Positions 39,481-51,319 of a stretch of DNA of 64,000 bases are shown here, piece by piece; within the stretch, counting starts at the first letter, position 1; each line of letters begins with the position of its first letter. Both the position numbers and the translations under genes were made by a program. A model generated the notes under the pieces. That model had not been told where the DNA came from. It saw nothing but the letters and a program-made list of their open reading frames with translations, and ran no database searches. The stretch covers positions 47,182,001 through 47,246,000 of the forward strand of contig CM060733.1 in the NCBI GenBank assembly GCA_030704615.1, given 5' to 3'. This DNA is from Takakia lepidozioides (taxonomy: Eukaryota > Plantae > Bryophyta).

Positions 39481-41889
39481 AAAAGCCCTCAAGAAGGCAA
39501 AGGAGAACACCACCATTGTCCCATTTGGCACAACAGGATTTCCATATGTGCTATAGAGCAAGAGAGCGAATGGTTGACCAAACTTGACATTTGTGCCAGA
39601 TGGTCCTTCCCTGCAGATTGAGCAAATGAATAGAAACAGAGCTAGAATTTCCGTGCGGAGACCGTTGCAAGTGGTTGTGGTAACCGGAGGCGTCTTCGAA
39701 CACATGCCTTGACTGTGAGTCGTTTGGGAGGAGGCTCTGTAATATTAATGGGTTAGTGTAAGCCGTTGTATGGCTTCGACCCGATGGATAACATTAAGTC
39801 CAACGGATGTACAGTTGACGTTACATTATGTCTGACTACAACGCCAAAGTTGCAATCTCTAATAAAATATGAATGTTTATCATCAATGGATGCGGACTCA
39901 ATCTTTCATGTCATCCTTTCATCGGGTGATTGCAGCCTGCAGTGTCCATTTTTTGACGTAAATGCGTCATTTTTCCTGTACATAATTTGTTGGTTTTGAT
40001 CTACAATCTTATATTTCTATGAAATTTCTTAAAAGGGACTCACAACATTGTACCTATCTACATGTAGTGTCTACCTTCTCATACTTGCCCCCAAAAACCG
40101 TTATCTCTAGAAGTGATGGACTTTATGAAAAGTCCATAAGCTTTTGTTACAGTCCATACAAAACTTGTTATGGACTCATTATCTGTTAGATTTTGTAACA
40201 TAATTGGAATAAGGGACTTGGCCCTCCCTTGCTATTATGATAAAGAATCTAGTGTGAGAGTTTTTTAACATTTTTATTCATTAAACTAAATTTTATGTAC
40301 TTTATCAACCTACCAATAACAGCCATTTTCATAAAGTCCTTTATAATATGAAATCCAAAACACCCCATGAGCTGTCTTCATTAAATACAACTATTTATTA
40401 TAGATGAAGGCTGGCCATTGATGTGTGAGATGACAAAGTTCAAGCATGTCACATAAACAAGGAATTCAACGTAAGGATGATGCAAGTGATTTGTGGCAAA
40501 AAGTGTAAATCATGCCTATGTCTGTTTGTCCTAGTTGTGTCGTAGGTTGCAAGGGAATGGGGCCACCTTTGAATGCGATCCCCATGCTCATTTCACCAAG
40601 GGCATTATAGACTTCATAATGTAGAGATTGAAAATGGGGTGTAGCAGGGGGTGATTCTTCACTTGCTAGTAGCCCATCGTGCATATTTCTAAACATGAAC
40701 ATGAAGCTCATGATCATTTTCCAAGGGCATCATTCTCAAACTCCCCATACACCACAATGTGGAAATTCTATGGTCCCATTTCACACATGTGTCTAACATG
40801 CCATGTAAACTAAGCCAACTCCCGCCACACTCATGGCTGTTTTCACACCGTTCTTGCCTCGGGTGTGGATCACATGTGAGACACCCCACAGTTAGGGCAT
40901 ATTTTGACCCACACCTTGGCTCACTCTACAGGCCCGTGATAAAAGTCGTGGAATGTGCCAGGTGTGAGATGGCGTACCCGTGGAAAAAGCTGATTTCTCT
41001 TCTAGTGTGGCCCAAGGTCAAATTTTCAAAAACATGTATTTTTGTGATTATGGTCAAGTTTGGATTAAGTCATCGACGACACGTGACGGCATATATCCTC
41101 CATAACCTCTTTCTTTTTCCCATTTGAAATGACAGTATCCCAACAATAGACGTTCCACATGATATAGTGCAAATGAATCAATGTTTTGGTTTTTTTTCAA
41201 GATTTTTGTTTTTTTTATCTTATGTACTTTTATGTAGGCCACATCTTCAACTTTTTGGTCCACTCTTCGTTGCAACTATCCAGCACTGCAAGTGTACCGT
41301 GGCAGGTGGCTGACAAGATGATGGGACAGCTACACCGCTCTGGGGGACGCCAAAGCCCCAATACGACCTACATATGGTAGGGTGTGTGCTCAAGATTGAC
41401 TTGACTTATTATCAACATGTCTCAATGAGGCATCAATTGCAGGGCGTGCTAAAAGATATGATAGGAAGGCCTTAAATCACATTGAGACTGAAAGAGAGCA
41501 CAAGCTGTGGAGTAGGTAGATATAATACATGGACATGCAAATGAAGTTTGTTGCACAGGAAACACTGTTATTGTGGATGGTCAATGACTTGCACTTGTTT
41601 GCCAACATAAGGAAGGAGGCAGAGGTGAGGCATGTGATGCATATGCCACGGAAGGAGATTGAGTACAAGTCAGAGGTAGAGAGTATCAACAGGTTCTATG
41701 AGCGCGTGTGTACTTTCACCAATCATCAGAGGATGGCCGATCCTTTAATGGATGTTCTTATTTACTTCTTAAAAAAGTAAGCTTCTCTTGAGCCCATCAC
41801 AAGTTTGCCTTTATCAAAATTGTCTCTCATCTTTCTTATTTCACACTAGTAGCTCAACTTTAGGGCTGGAAACTTGATATTGCCACAGT

Positions 41890-44800
41890 GACAACAAGAA
41901 AGTATCAAAAAACACATAACAGAGATGAGGAGAAGCTGTGGATGAATACTTTTCTGACCTCAGTCAATGGTGGGACACCGAGGCAAAAAGGTGAATGCCT
42001 ATTAGATTACAGGAGAGTAGCAGAGGCAATTCAGTATAGGAACTAGTGTAATAAGCTGAGTTGGGTGTTTCCTAGAACAAATATAGGCTATCATTATCAG
42101 CTGCAAGACACAGATGTATGCATGATTTGTGCAGAGGCATGAATAGCTGAAGGAGCGGGGATAGAGTGTGGGTCCAAATTCATCCAAGAGGGCTAGACTT
42201 CAAGCTCCAGATTACCTTGATTCCAGGTGGATCAGTAGCTACAAGAAACCTGCATGGGTGGATGGTCAACTAAGGCAGCAGCAGCAGCGGCACAGTTGAT
42301 AAAATCAGGCACCTCAACCATGACCACAGCTTCTGAAATTAGAGGATCAAGAGAGGGAGTCCACAATGCCTCTTCTGGCATTTCTGGGCATGTGAAGCTA
42401 CTTTGTGCGGCAGGCAGCCTGACAGAGGCTCTACAGACTCTAAACCAAGGAGGCATTTCAGCAGATTCAGATATGTATGTCTGTCTCTTGCTTAAGTGAA
42501 TCAAGATGGAAGGTCTGGAAGCTAGAAAGCAGGTGCACACTCACATTATCCCAAGTGGATTCACGCCAAAAAAAATTCTACTCAACACCCTTGTCAACAT
42601 GTATGTTAAGTACCGGAGCATCAGGGATGCTCACCAAGTGTTCAACAGAATGCCTCAATGATCTTTGATCACATGGAGAATTATGTTGGAAGGATTTACC
42701 AAGCATAGGTGTGGTAGGAATGTTTTTGGAGACATATGAGCAAATGATGTGTGAAGCGGTGAAGCCCAACCACATTACATTTGTTTGTGTTTGCAATGCG
42801 TGCACAAGCCTGGGAGCTCTGGAAAAGAGGAAAGAGGTCCATAGTGACATGGTCAAAGCTGGAATTGTACCAAATGTCATCCTGGAAGAAGCGGCAGCAG
42901 CACAATTGATAGAACAATTCGCTACTAATGAAGGTGCCTTCTTCAACACATTTCACCCTGTTTTGCCCTGTTATCAAAGTCGTCCCTAAAATTTCTTGGA
43001 GAATTTTGCAAGTTAGCTTGTTCGTGATGTGAACTAGCATGAGTTTTATAAAGATCGATGGTAGGACAAACGCAATCACAAGGTGTGGCTTTTCTTAATG
43101 TACGATGTGAAGAAGTTTGTCCATCCTGCAAAGGTGGGCTTTTGGCTCCTGTTAGTACCATGATTTGGTATTCTTCCTGAGGTTTACAAGGTTCTTGGGA
43201 GAGTCAGCTTGGTCTTAGCACGCCATGTCTCAATCTCTGCCTGCTCAGCTGCATAGTGGTGGTTCTTTCAGACCAATCCGACATTACCTGACTACAGACA
43301 CAAACAGCACACACAAGAGGTCATTTCGGGTTGATGGTCGGTCCAATCCTCCATGGGTCAAGGACAATGTGGTGAGGGCACCTTCTTCTTCGACCTGTTT
43401 CAGCCTGTTTTGCCTCTCATACTTGGCCCTGAGATGCATATTTGAATTCTATAAGTTAGCTCGTTGGGTGGATCTGTGGTGGTTTGGAGAACCTTTGACA
43501 AGTTATTGCCGATGTGGCCGCAGGAAGTATCCAAAAACAGATAACTGAGATGAGGAGAAGCTTTCCGACCCCAGTCAATGGTGGGACAATGGAGACAAAA
43601 AGGTGAATGCCTGTTGGACTACAGAGAGAAGCAGATGCAATATAGAATTGGAACTACAATTATAAGTAGGGCTCGGGTGTTTGCTAGAGGAACTTCACAC
43701 TGTCAGTGTCAGCTGCTAGCAGCAAGGCTGAGGATGTATTTATGATTTGTACACAGGCAGGGATATAAAGCTGAAGGACTAGGGATAGAGGTCCAGATTT
43801 ATCCAAGAGGGTCGGATTTCAAACACAAGATTACTTCTGATGCCCTGTGGATCAATAGCTACAAGTGGGTAGATGGTCAATTGGAAACAGCAGTGGCAGC
43901 ATCACAATTGATTAGAACAAGGCACTGCTAATGAAGGTACCTTCTTCAACACATTTCACCCTGTTTTTCCTGCTATCAGAGTCGTCCCTGAATTTTGATA
44001 TTGAACTCTGCAAGTTAGCTGAGGAGAAGCTCTAGAATGAATACGTTTAAGACCCCAGTCAATGGTGGAACAATCGAGGCAAACATGTGAATGTCTGTTA
44101 GAAGCAGACGCAAGTCAGCATAGGAACTAGTGTGATAAATAGGGTTTGGGTGTTTGCTCGAACAATTCTACGTTGTCATTGTCAGCTGCTAGCAGCAAGG
44201 CAAGGATGTATGCATGATTTGTGCAGAGGCATGGATAGCTGAAGGGGCACGGATAGAGTGTGGGTCCAGATTCATCCAAGAGGGCTGGATTTCAAGCTCC
44301 AGATTACCTATGATTCCATGTGGAAGGATAGCTACAAGAAACCTGCATGGGTAGATGGTCAACTGGAAGCCGCAGCAGCAGCGGCACAATTGATAAAATC
44401 AGGCAGTAATCAAGGCACCTTCTTCAACACAATTCACCCTATTTTTCTCTCTAATCGGAATCGGCCCTCATGTTGAATTCTGTAAGTTAGCTAGTTGAGT
44501 GAACCTTTGATAGTTTGGAGTGACTTTGACATGATACTGCCAATGTAACAACAGGAAAGTATCCACAAACAGGTAACAAAGACGAGGAGAAGCTGTGGAA
44601 TGAATTCTTTCTGACCCCAGTCAATGGTGAGACAATCGAGGCAAAAAGGTGAATGCCTGATGGATTATAGAGAGTAGCATATGCTATTAAGCATAGGACC
44701 TAGTGTGATAAGTAGGGTTGGGGTGTTTGCTGGAACAATTCTAGGCTGTCATTGCCAGCTGCTAGCAGCAAGGCAAGGATGTATGCGTGATTTGTGCAGA

Positions 44801-44935
44801 GGTATGGATAGCTGAAGGGGCAGGGTTAGAGTGTGGGTCCAAATTCATCCAAGAGGGTTGGATTTCAAGCTCCAGATTACCTATGATTCCCTGTGGAAGG
44901 ATAGCTACAAGAAACCTGCATGGGTAGATGGTCAA
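41890..44935 (+). pseudogene. Tandem array (about 4 units) of degenerate OSB-PDF exon pairs; unit 1 is followed by PPR repeats
   Basis: Repeated gaggagaagct..cagtcaatggtgggacaatcgaggcaaaaaggtg (~41926, 43551, 44020, 44583) and catccaagaggg..gatttcaagc..agctacaagaaacctgcatgggt (~42180, 43800, 44273, 44846). Near-copy, inverted, of 21.9-23.0 kb. Stops and deletions present. Confidence 0.8.
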
Positions 44936-45905
44936 TTTCTTGTTGCGGTAGTGCTTAGCAACATCATGTTTGAAGAATGAAGTATATTTTGGGAATATAT
45001 ACATAGGCAGACTGGTTCGAACACCATGTCAGTGTCTGATGTATTAACATCCAATATTGTTCGAAGGTGCAATGTCCTCTGAGGTTGTGTTGTGGTGTTT
45101 CTATGGATGGCATGTTTGATTGTAGTTGTGTCTTTCATATTGTATCATGTTGTTGCTTCTGCCAATCTATGCAACAGGGTTGGTGGTAGAATATTTCTTT
45201 GCCACTCTTTGCAACTGCCAGCAGGGTTGGGGGTCGATTCGTTGGTCATTGAAAGATTAATGCATGCTCTCTTTCCCTGCAGAGGGGTGAGAAAAAAAAC
45301 ATTGCTTCAAGATTGTTGAAATTTTTGGAAATTGATTTTGTGAAATTAAATAACTTTGTGAATGATAACAAAGCATCTTTGGGAATATTCTTTTTCTATG
45401 CCCCTTGGAAAGCTCTACACTAGACATAGGCTAACAGTAGGCTTCGTGCAGGCCAGAGTAGACTATTCGTAGGTCTACCCATGTCATGCACATGAGGAAC
45501 AAAAAACTGGACCCTCCACTGCCCAGTGGAGTTCGCGTGAACTCTATATGGGGAAGCTGAAAGACATTTTTTTTAAATAAGGACGAAATCGGATAATTCC
45601 AGAAAAAAATAAAAATTGTGTGAGACGATGTGGGAACGAGTGATGGAATCATATGTGTAACATTGTAAGTGTGACACATACTTTCCACGAGACTGAAATA
45701 CGATAATTGGGAACCTCCACTACCCAGTGGAGGTTCGATATTTCTTTGGGTCAGCCAGTTACACACTCTGATTATTTTTTCTGTTAGTATGAGAAAGAGG
45801 AGCGTGGGTGGGGAATCGGTGTCTGACGATGAATACAAGACCGTCAGCTTAAAGTGCAGCAAGAGACGGTGTTCGGTAGACGTGATGGAAGCGGACCATC
45901 CAGAT

Positions 45906-47149
45906 CACTACTACGGGGGGTTTAGCGATGCCCCAGCGACCTCCAACCGCCGCGATTAGCGACGAAAATACTCTACGGCGCTCGAGGCGCGCCAAGGGCA
46001 TTTTGCGACGTTGGAAGTCGCAAAGAAGTCGCTCCCGGAACGTCGCTAATTAGCGTCGTCGGGGAATCGCAAACCCCCCGGGACCCCCCGGCCGCGGCGC
46101 CGGCGCGACTTGCGACACCTGGGCATCCAAAAAAAAAAAATGTTTTTTCTGCAACGCCACATTAGGGACGTCCGGGGGTTTTAAATGCAACTCCCAGATG
46201 TCACAGTTTAGGGGGGTACATTTGAATTTAGGGGGGGGGAATTTGAATTTGAATTTCAAAAACTAGTTGACCATTGACTTGGCATTGACCATTGACTCCG
46301 GTTTTGTCCAATGACAGTTCATACATTGTTCTATATATATTAGGCAATGCATACTTGAACCTAGGACCTCCACATTATAACAATTCTAAGTCACTACACA
46401 CTAACCAACAAATCTACAGTACATCTATGTATCACAAAAGCAGTCCAAGTATATATATACATATCAAGAGTTAGCTCGTAGTGACTACCACTATCTCAAT
46501 CTTATCATTGTGTTGCAGATTATGCATACTCTACAGGAGCTCTCACACCTGGAACTTGCACCGAGACTTGTCCCCAGAGTTCTTCAAGAACAAATATCTA
46601 TCAATGGCCTAAGTTTTGCAAAATTGCATTGTAACTTATTGTTGGACAATGGCTGTAGGCTAAGGATGCCAAGCCCATTGTGCTCTATAATCTACTCCCA
46701 GAATCAACTTTCCGCGACGCCCCCAGGACGCCGGGGAATCACAGCCCCAGCAACGGCTGGGCGCTCCTGCGACGACGGGGAATCGCAATTTTATTTTTTT
46801 TTGTTTTTTTTTCCGGACATTGCGATTCCCCGCTGTCGCGGAAACGCCCGGCCGTTGAAAAAACGCTGCTGGGCAGCAACGCCTCGTTGCGATTCCCCGG
46901 CATCGCAGCATCCCGGGGGCGTCGCAACCCCCTCTATGCGTTAGCGGGGGAATGGGGTCAGGCCCCTTTCCGGCAATGGCATGGCATCGCAAGATGCTAC
47001 AACGCCGTCCGAACGCCGGCGTTGGGATGCCCCGACGTTGTAAGTCTCGAGCCGGGCGCCTGCGCGACGCTGCAATCGCAGAGGGGTCGGCACGTCGGAC
47101 GCGCCGGCCGGGGTCCCGGCGTCGCTAACCCCCCCTAAATGTAATAGTG
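45906..47149. mobile_element. Non-autonomous CACTA (EnSpm) element, 1244 bp
   Basis: Termini CACTACTAC..GTAATAGTG, 3-bp TSD GAT (45903-45905 and 47150-47152), GC-rich subterminal GCGAC/GTCGC repeats, AT-rich core, no transposase. Confidence 0.9.
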
Positions 47150-47395
47150 GATCAAGAACATGATGTCTTGAAACAAGATGAAAAATCCAGTTGGGGTCTA
47201 CCGAGCCGAACAAAGTGTCTGGGATTGACGAAAATGTGACTATACAATCCCCGCGAAATGCAGCCGAATCTAGACCTCAAGACTACTCCACGGATGCCCT
47301 GGCGGAAATAAGAGATAGCGTTCATGAAAACACTGATGTCTACGGATCTCCTGCCTACTCCTAAGATTATCCGACATACACCCCTCTAGACTATT

Positions 47396-47482
47396 TGTCG
47401 TGCGCATACATATCGCTACACAACTACATCGCTGTCCAAACCACACCACACATATATGCACAATAAAGTAGTCTAGCACAAT
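47396..47482. repeat. Repeat A, terminal copy (87 bp)
   Basis: tgtcgtgcgc..gtctagcacaat, identical to 47841-47927. Confidence 0.95.
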
Positions 47483-47838
47483 GATAAACAAAGCTAAAAA
47501 GGACATACACTTCCAACACAAGAAATATGAAATCCATCGCTATCACTCATTGAAACTGAAGTCGAGCCAGGGGCACCCCAAGCTATGGGGACTCCACCCC
47601 ACAACAACCTGTATCCCTACATAAGCACACTAAAACCTAAACACATGCAGGAGCTCGGTCGCGCAGGCTCAACTCGAGAGAGATGAGCCGCGCGACTGCC
47701 GCTCTCGTGAAGATAAGACAGACCAGGTGTCAAACTAAACTTGACACCTGATTTAACACTTGACCTAAATCCAAGTGTTAAATACAAATAACTAGTTTTA
47801 TTCTAGCTGTTTTCACACTGTGCTTATTTAACTTGACA
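47482..47838 (-). repeat. Repeat B (LTR-like, 357 bp), 3' copy
   Basis: tgataaac..aacttgaca, identical by eye to 58895-59251. Confidence 0.95.
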
Positions 47839-47840
47839 GC

Positions 47841-47927
47841 TGTCGTGCGCATACATATCGCTACACAACTACATCGCTGTCCAAACCACACCACACATAT
47901 ATGCACAATAAAGTAGTCTAGCACAAT
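47841..47927. repeat. Repeat A, internal copy, next to a PPT-like G run
   Basis: Joined to B through the palindrome GACAGCTGTC (47835-47844). On the minus strand it is preceded by AGGGGGGCG (47928-47936). Confidence 0.93.
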
Positions 47928-48185
47928 CGCCCCCCTAGCTGGTGGATAGGTCCCTCTACCTCCAGATAGCTACAAGATGTAATAGCCACAGCCGTACTAA
48001 GTCCTCTATCACTGTCATTATCGAGCTCAAACTCTATCAACCAAGAGGCCGGGTACAAGAGTAGCCCCATCGTTAGTCGCCGTCTTGCAATCTATGAACT
48101 TGAGCCAAGATCTCGTGTGTTCAAGGTCTCCTAGTAGCTGGGTCTTGCGTTTCTTGTTAACCTCCCATGGTTGTATCCACTCCCA

Positions 48186-49460
48186 CTATCCAATGCAATG
48201 TGGACATAACCAATCCCCATCCGGAACCATCTCAAGAGGTGGAGTCAAGCATCCCATATGCCAACCTCTAGAGCACCGATCACATACCAGCATGGTGGCT
48301 GCCCCTTTAGCAGACCCACACAACATGCACCTCAAACCTGCAGATACCACTGCCAAGTTTGGGTCAATCCTGCCATCAACATTCGGAAGGTGGCATGGCG
48401 CACAATTACGCACATGGTCCTTCCAAGTGATGCCATCCCGACCCTCCAAGACCAAGACGCCTGAGGGCAAGACCTCTCGAACCCTCAAAATAACACGTCC
48501 TGCAGTCACATCCAGGGTCGTAGGAGCAGTCTGCTGCAGATAGACATAGTCACCAGGGTTGAATCTCCGAACCCCAGGACGATAGCCCCCACCACGTATG
48601 GTAGCATACCTCAACGTATCACGGTGTTGTGCAATGGCAAGGTTCTCGAAAGCCATGGGCATGACTCTCTTGAACAACTCTGCACGCTGCTCACATGCAC
48701 GTGCCCACACGTCCGGATCGTCAAGGTTAAGAACTGTAGCAGCTTCTCTGCGAATGGATGTAGGCAAATCCGGCTCTCGGCCAAAGAGAAGAAAGTATGG
48801 TGAGAAAGAGGCAAGTGATGCTTGCTTGCTGAACCTGTAGCCCATGGCTAACCAGGGTAACTGAAGGTCCCAATCTCCTAGGTGTCCCTTCTGCAAGCCA
48901 TACTTGCGCAAACCCCTCTTTACTGTCTGAACAACTCTCTCTGCCAAGCCATCGGCTTCAGGATGATCCCGAGAAGTGGTGCGGTGGTCTATCAAGGCCT
49001 TGTCACACAAAGCCTGAAACTCCCCCAAGAATTCTCTCCTTGGTCCGTGAGTACCTCAGCTGGAGCACCGAATCGGCTAAGCACACAATCCAGGAATGCA
49101 TACGCAGCTCCCTCACTAGCCTTATCAGGCAATGGAACCAATTCAATCCACTTGGAGAAGTGCTCCACCATCACCAACACGTACTTGTTGTGGCGCATGG
49201 TCAGTGGCAACGGCCCTGCGAAGTCAAGACTCCACCTGTAGCCCAACCCCATGATCGGAAGAGGGTGCAATTGTGGAGTAGGGGCGTTGAATGAAGCACG
49301 CACCCTGTCACACACCATGCACCTAGCCACAAAGTGTTGTACCTCTGTGTGCATACCACGCCACCAATACTGCCCCTGCAGTAGACTATGAGTGCGTCGC
49401 ACCCCAAAATGCCCCAACTCCTCATGGGCATGCCGCACTAACCGTGCCCGCTGTGTTGGG
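48186..49460 (-). CDS. Integrase (HHCC, DDE core) with a C-terminal PHD finger; 1-nt frameshift at ~49035
   Basis: HEELGHFG..CMVC; WSLDFAG, LTDQG, AERVVQT; RFNPGDYVYL; then CMLC..MLVCDRC..WHMGCLTPPL..VPDGDWLCPHC (C4HC3). Confidence 0.92.
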
Positions 49461-51319
49461 TGAGGCACAATCCTCACTCGACCATCCTCCCACACTCGGA
49501 GCAGGTGTGTCCCCTCCCACCTGAACCTCTTGGCTCGTTGTAGGATCCGATCCCTCTCCTTGGCAGTCATAGTGGCTGCTGTGTCTCCACTGCGGAGGTA
49601 GTCCAACACAACTGAATCCTCATGTATATCTTTGGCGCCACCATGCTCATTGCTGGCCTCAGGGTCCTCAGACACTTGATCTACAGTCATCCCTGTTGTA
49701 GGTCCAACCTGGCCTTCCGCTGCCAAGATACACAGAAATGCAGATGCATGCCATCCGGGCACCATCTCCTCGTCCGTCTCACCATGCCACCGAGCTCCAG
49801 TGTCATCCTGTTGGCTCGTGCATGGATTGCGACTCAACCCATCTGCATTTCGATTGACCAAACCCGGTCGATGCACCACCTGAAAGTCATACTCTTGAAG
49901 GATGAGTGCCCACCGTGCAAGCTTCCCCGTAAGCTTGTCTGACTCCATCAACCACTTGAGTGGTTGGTGATCCGTGACAAGGGTGAAGAGATTGCCGTAT
50001 AAATAGCACCTGAAGTGTGCCACGGCCCACACTGCAGCTAAGCATTCTCCCTCATATGAGCTATACTTAGACTCTGCAGCATTGTTCGAGCGGCTAGCAT
50101 AAGCCACTACGAACTCTCTTCCCTCATCATCCACCTGTGTGAGCACCGCTCCAAGCCCCAGCATGCTCCAATCTGTATGCAGCTGAAAAGGACGCCCCCT
50201 GATAGGTCGTCTCAAGATGGGCGCCGAGGTCAACCTCGCCTTGAGCTCTTGAAAAGCTTGTTCTTGCTCATCTTCCCACTGCCACTCCTGGTCCACCTTG
50301 GTCAGCTTGGTTAGAGCCTTTGCAATGGCACTAAATCCCTTAACAAACCGTCTGTAATAGTTTGCTAACCCCATGAAAGCTCGAACTCGGCTCACATCCG
50401 TGGGGCGTGGAACCTGTGCAATGGACTCTACCTTAGTCTGCTGTACCCCCAATCCTCCAGGATATATCATGTGACCCAGATACTCAATCTGGTTGTGGAA
50501 AAACTTGCACTTGCCCGGATGTAACTTCAATCCGTGCGTCCTCAAGCGCTCAAATACCCCCTGAAGGTGTCTCTCATGCTCCTCCACCGTAGCACTAAAG
50601 ATGATGATGTCATCTATGTAGCACCGAGCAAACTCCACCCCTGCTAGAATCCTGTCCATGACTCTTTGAAACTCAGCGGGAGCGTTTTTAAGCCCAAATG
50701 GTAAGAACCGCCACTGGTATAGGCAATCCTTCCCGTGCTCATTGATCCCCCAGAATGCCGTCTTTTGCTTATCCGCCTCCTTGATCGGCAACTGGTGATA
50801 TCCGGATCGTAAATCCAACGTGCTAAAGACCTTGGAATGCCCAATGGCATCAAAGATCTCTTCTGGTGTTGGCATGGCATACATATCGGACTTGGTCTGA
50901 CGATTTACAGGCCGGTAATCACCGCACATACGTCTCTCCGTCCAATTGCCATAGACATCCTTCTTAGCTGGCATCACTGTGGCTGAAGCATACTCTCCAC
51001 CAGAGAGCTCCACCAAACCTGCCTCCCAGAGATCTTGAGTCCTCATCTGAATCAAAGACCTCTCCATGTCACTGTATCTATAGGGTCTCCGAAAGATTGG
51101 CGTGTCAGTGGCCAACTCAATACGGATCTCTTGACCCTTCAGTGCTCCCAAGTCCTTCAAACTGAAGGCAAAGCAATTCCTGTAAGCCCTCAGGAACCGC
51201 CGTATACGTCGTCTCTCTCCTCCGGTGACAATGGGTCCAATATCAGGCTCCCAATTGTCCTCCGTAACTGCAACCTTAAGTCCAGTGGGCTTAGAGGTAG
51301 AGGACGCGTCCCGTGGTTG
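48992..51319 (-). CDS. Reverse transcriptase, RNase H and integrase N-terminal part of pol
   Basis: RMCGDYRPVN, LDLRSGYHQ, LPFGLKNAP, YIDDII, YLGH; RNase H TDWS..EGECLA..TDH..NADGLSR. The frame is open back to the TAG at 51320-51322. Confidence 0.96.
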   Translation of the reverse strand, partial: QPRDASSTSKPTGLKVAVTEDNWEPDIGPIVTGGERRRIRRFLRAYRNCFAFSLKDLGALKGQEIRIELATDTPIFRRPYRYSDMERSLIQMRTQDLWEAGLVELSGGEYASATVMPAKKDVYGNWTERRMCGDYRPVNRQTKSDMYAMPTPEEIFDAIGHSKVFSTLDLRSGYHQLPIKEADKQKTAFWGINEHGKDCLYQWRFLPFGLKNAPAEFQRVMDRILAGVEFARCYIDDIIIFSATVEEHERHLQGVFERLRTHGLKLHPGKCKFFHNQIEYLGHMIYPGGLGVQQTKVESIAQVPRPTDVSRVRAFMGLANYYRRFVKGFSAIAKALTKLTKVDQEWQWEDEQEQAFQELKARLTSAPILRRPIRGRPFQLHTDWSMLGLGAVLTQVDDEGREFVVAYASRSNNAAESKYSSYEGECLAAVWAVAHFRCYLYGNLFTLVTDHQPLKWLMESDKLTGKLARWALILQEYDFQVVHRPGLVNRNADGLSRNPCTSQQDDTGARWHGETDEEMVPGWHASAFLCILAAEGQVGPTTGMTVDQVSEDPEASNEHGGAKDIHEDSVVLDYLRSGDTAATMTAKERDRILQRAKRFRWEGTHLLRVWEDGRVRIVPHPTQRARLVRHAHEELGHFGVRRTHSLLQGQYWWRGMHTEVQHFVARCMVCDRVRASFNAPTPQLHPLPIMGLGYRWSLDFAGPLPLTMRHNKYVLVMVEHFSKWIELVPLPDKASEGAAYAFLDCVLSRFGAPAEVLTDQGENSWGSFRLCVTRP

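Noticed and set aside
41890-44935. CRISPR-like repeat array
   Set aside because: Units are ~0.5 kb degenerate exon-intron duplications in eukaryotic DNA.
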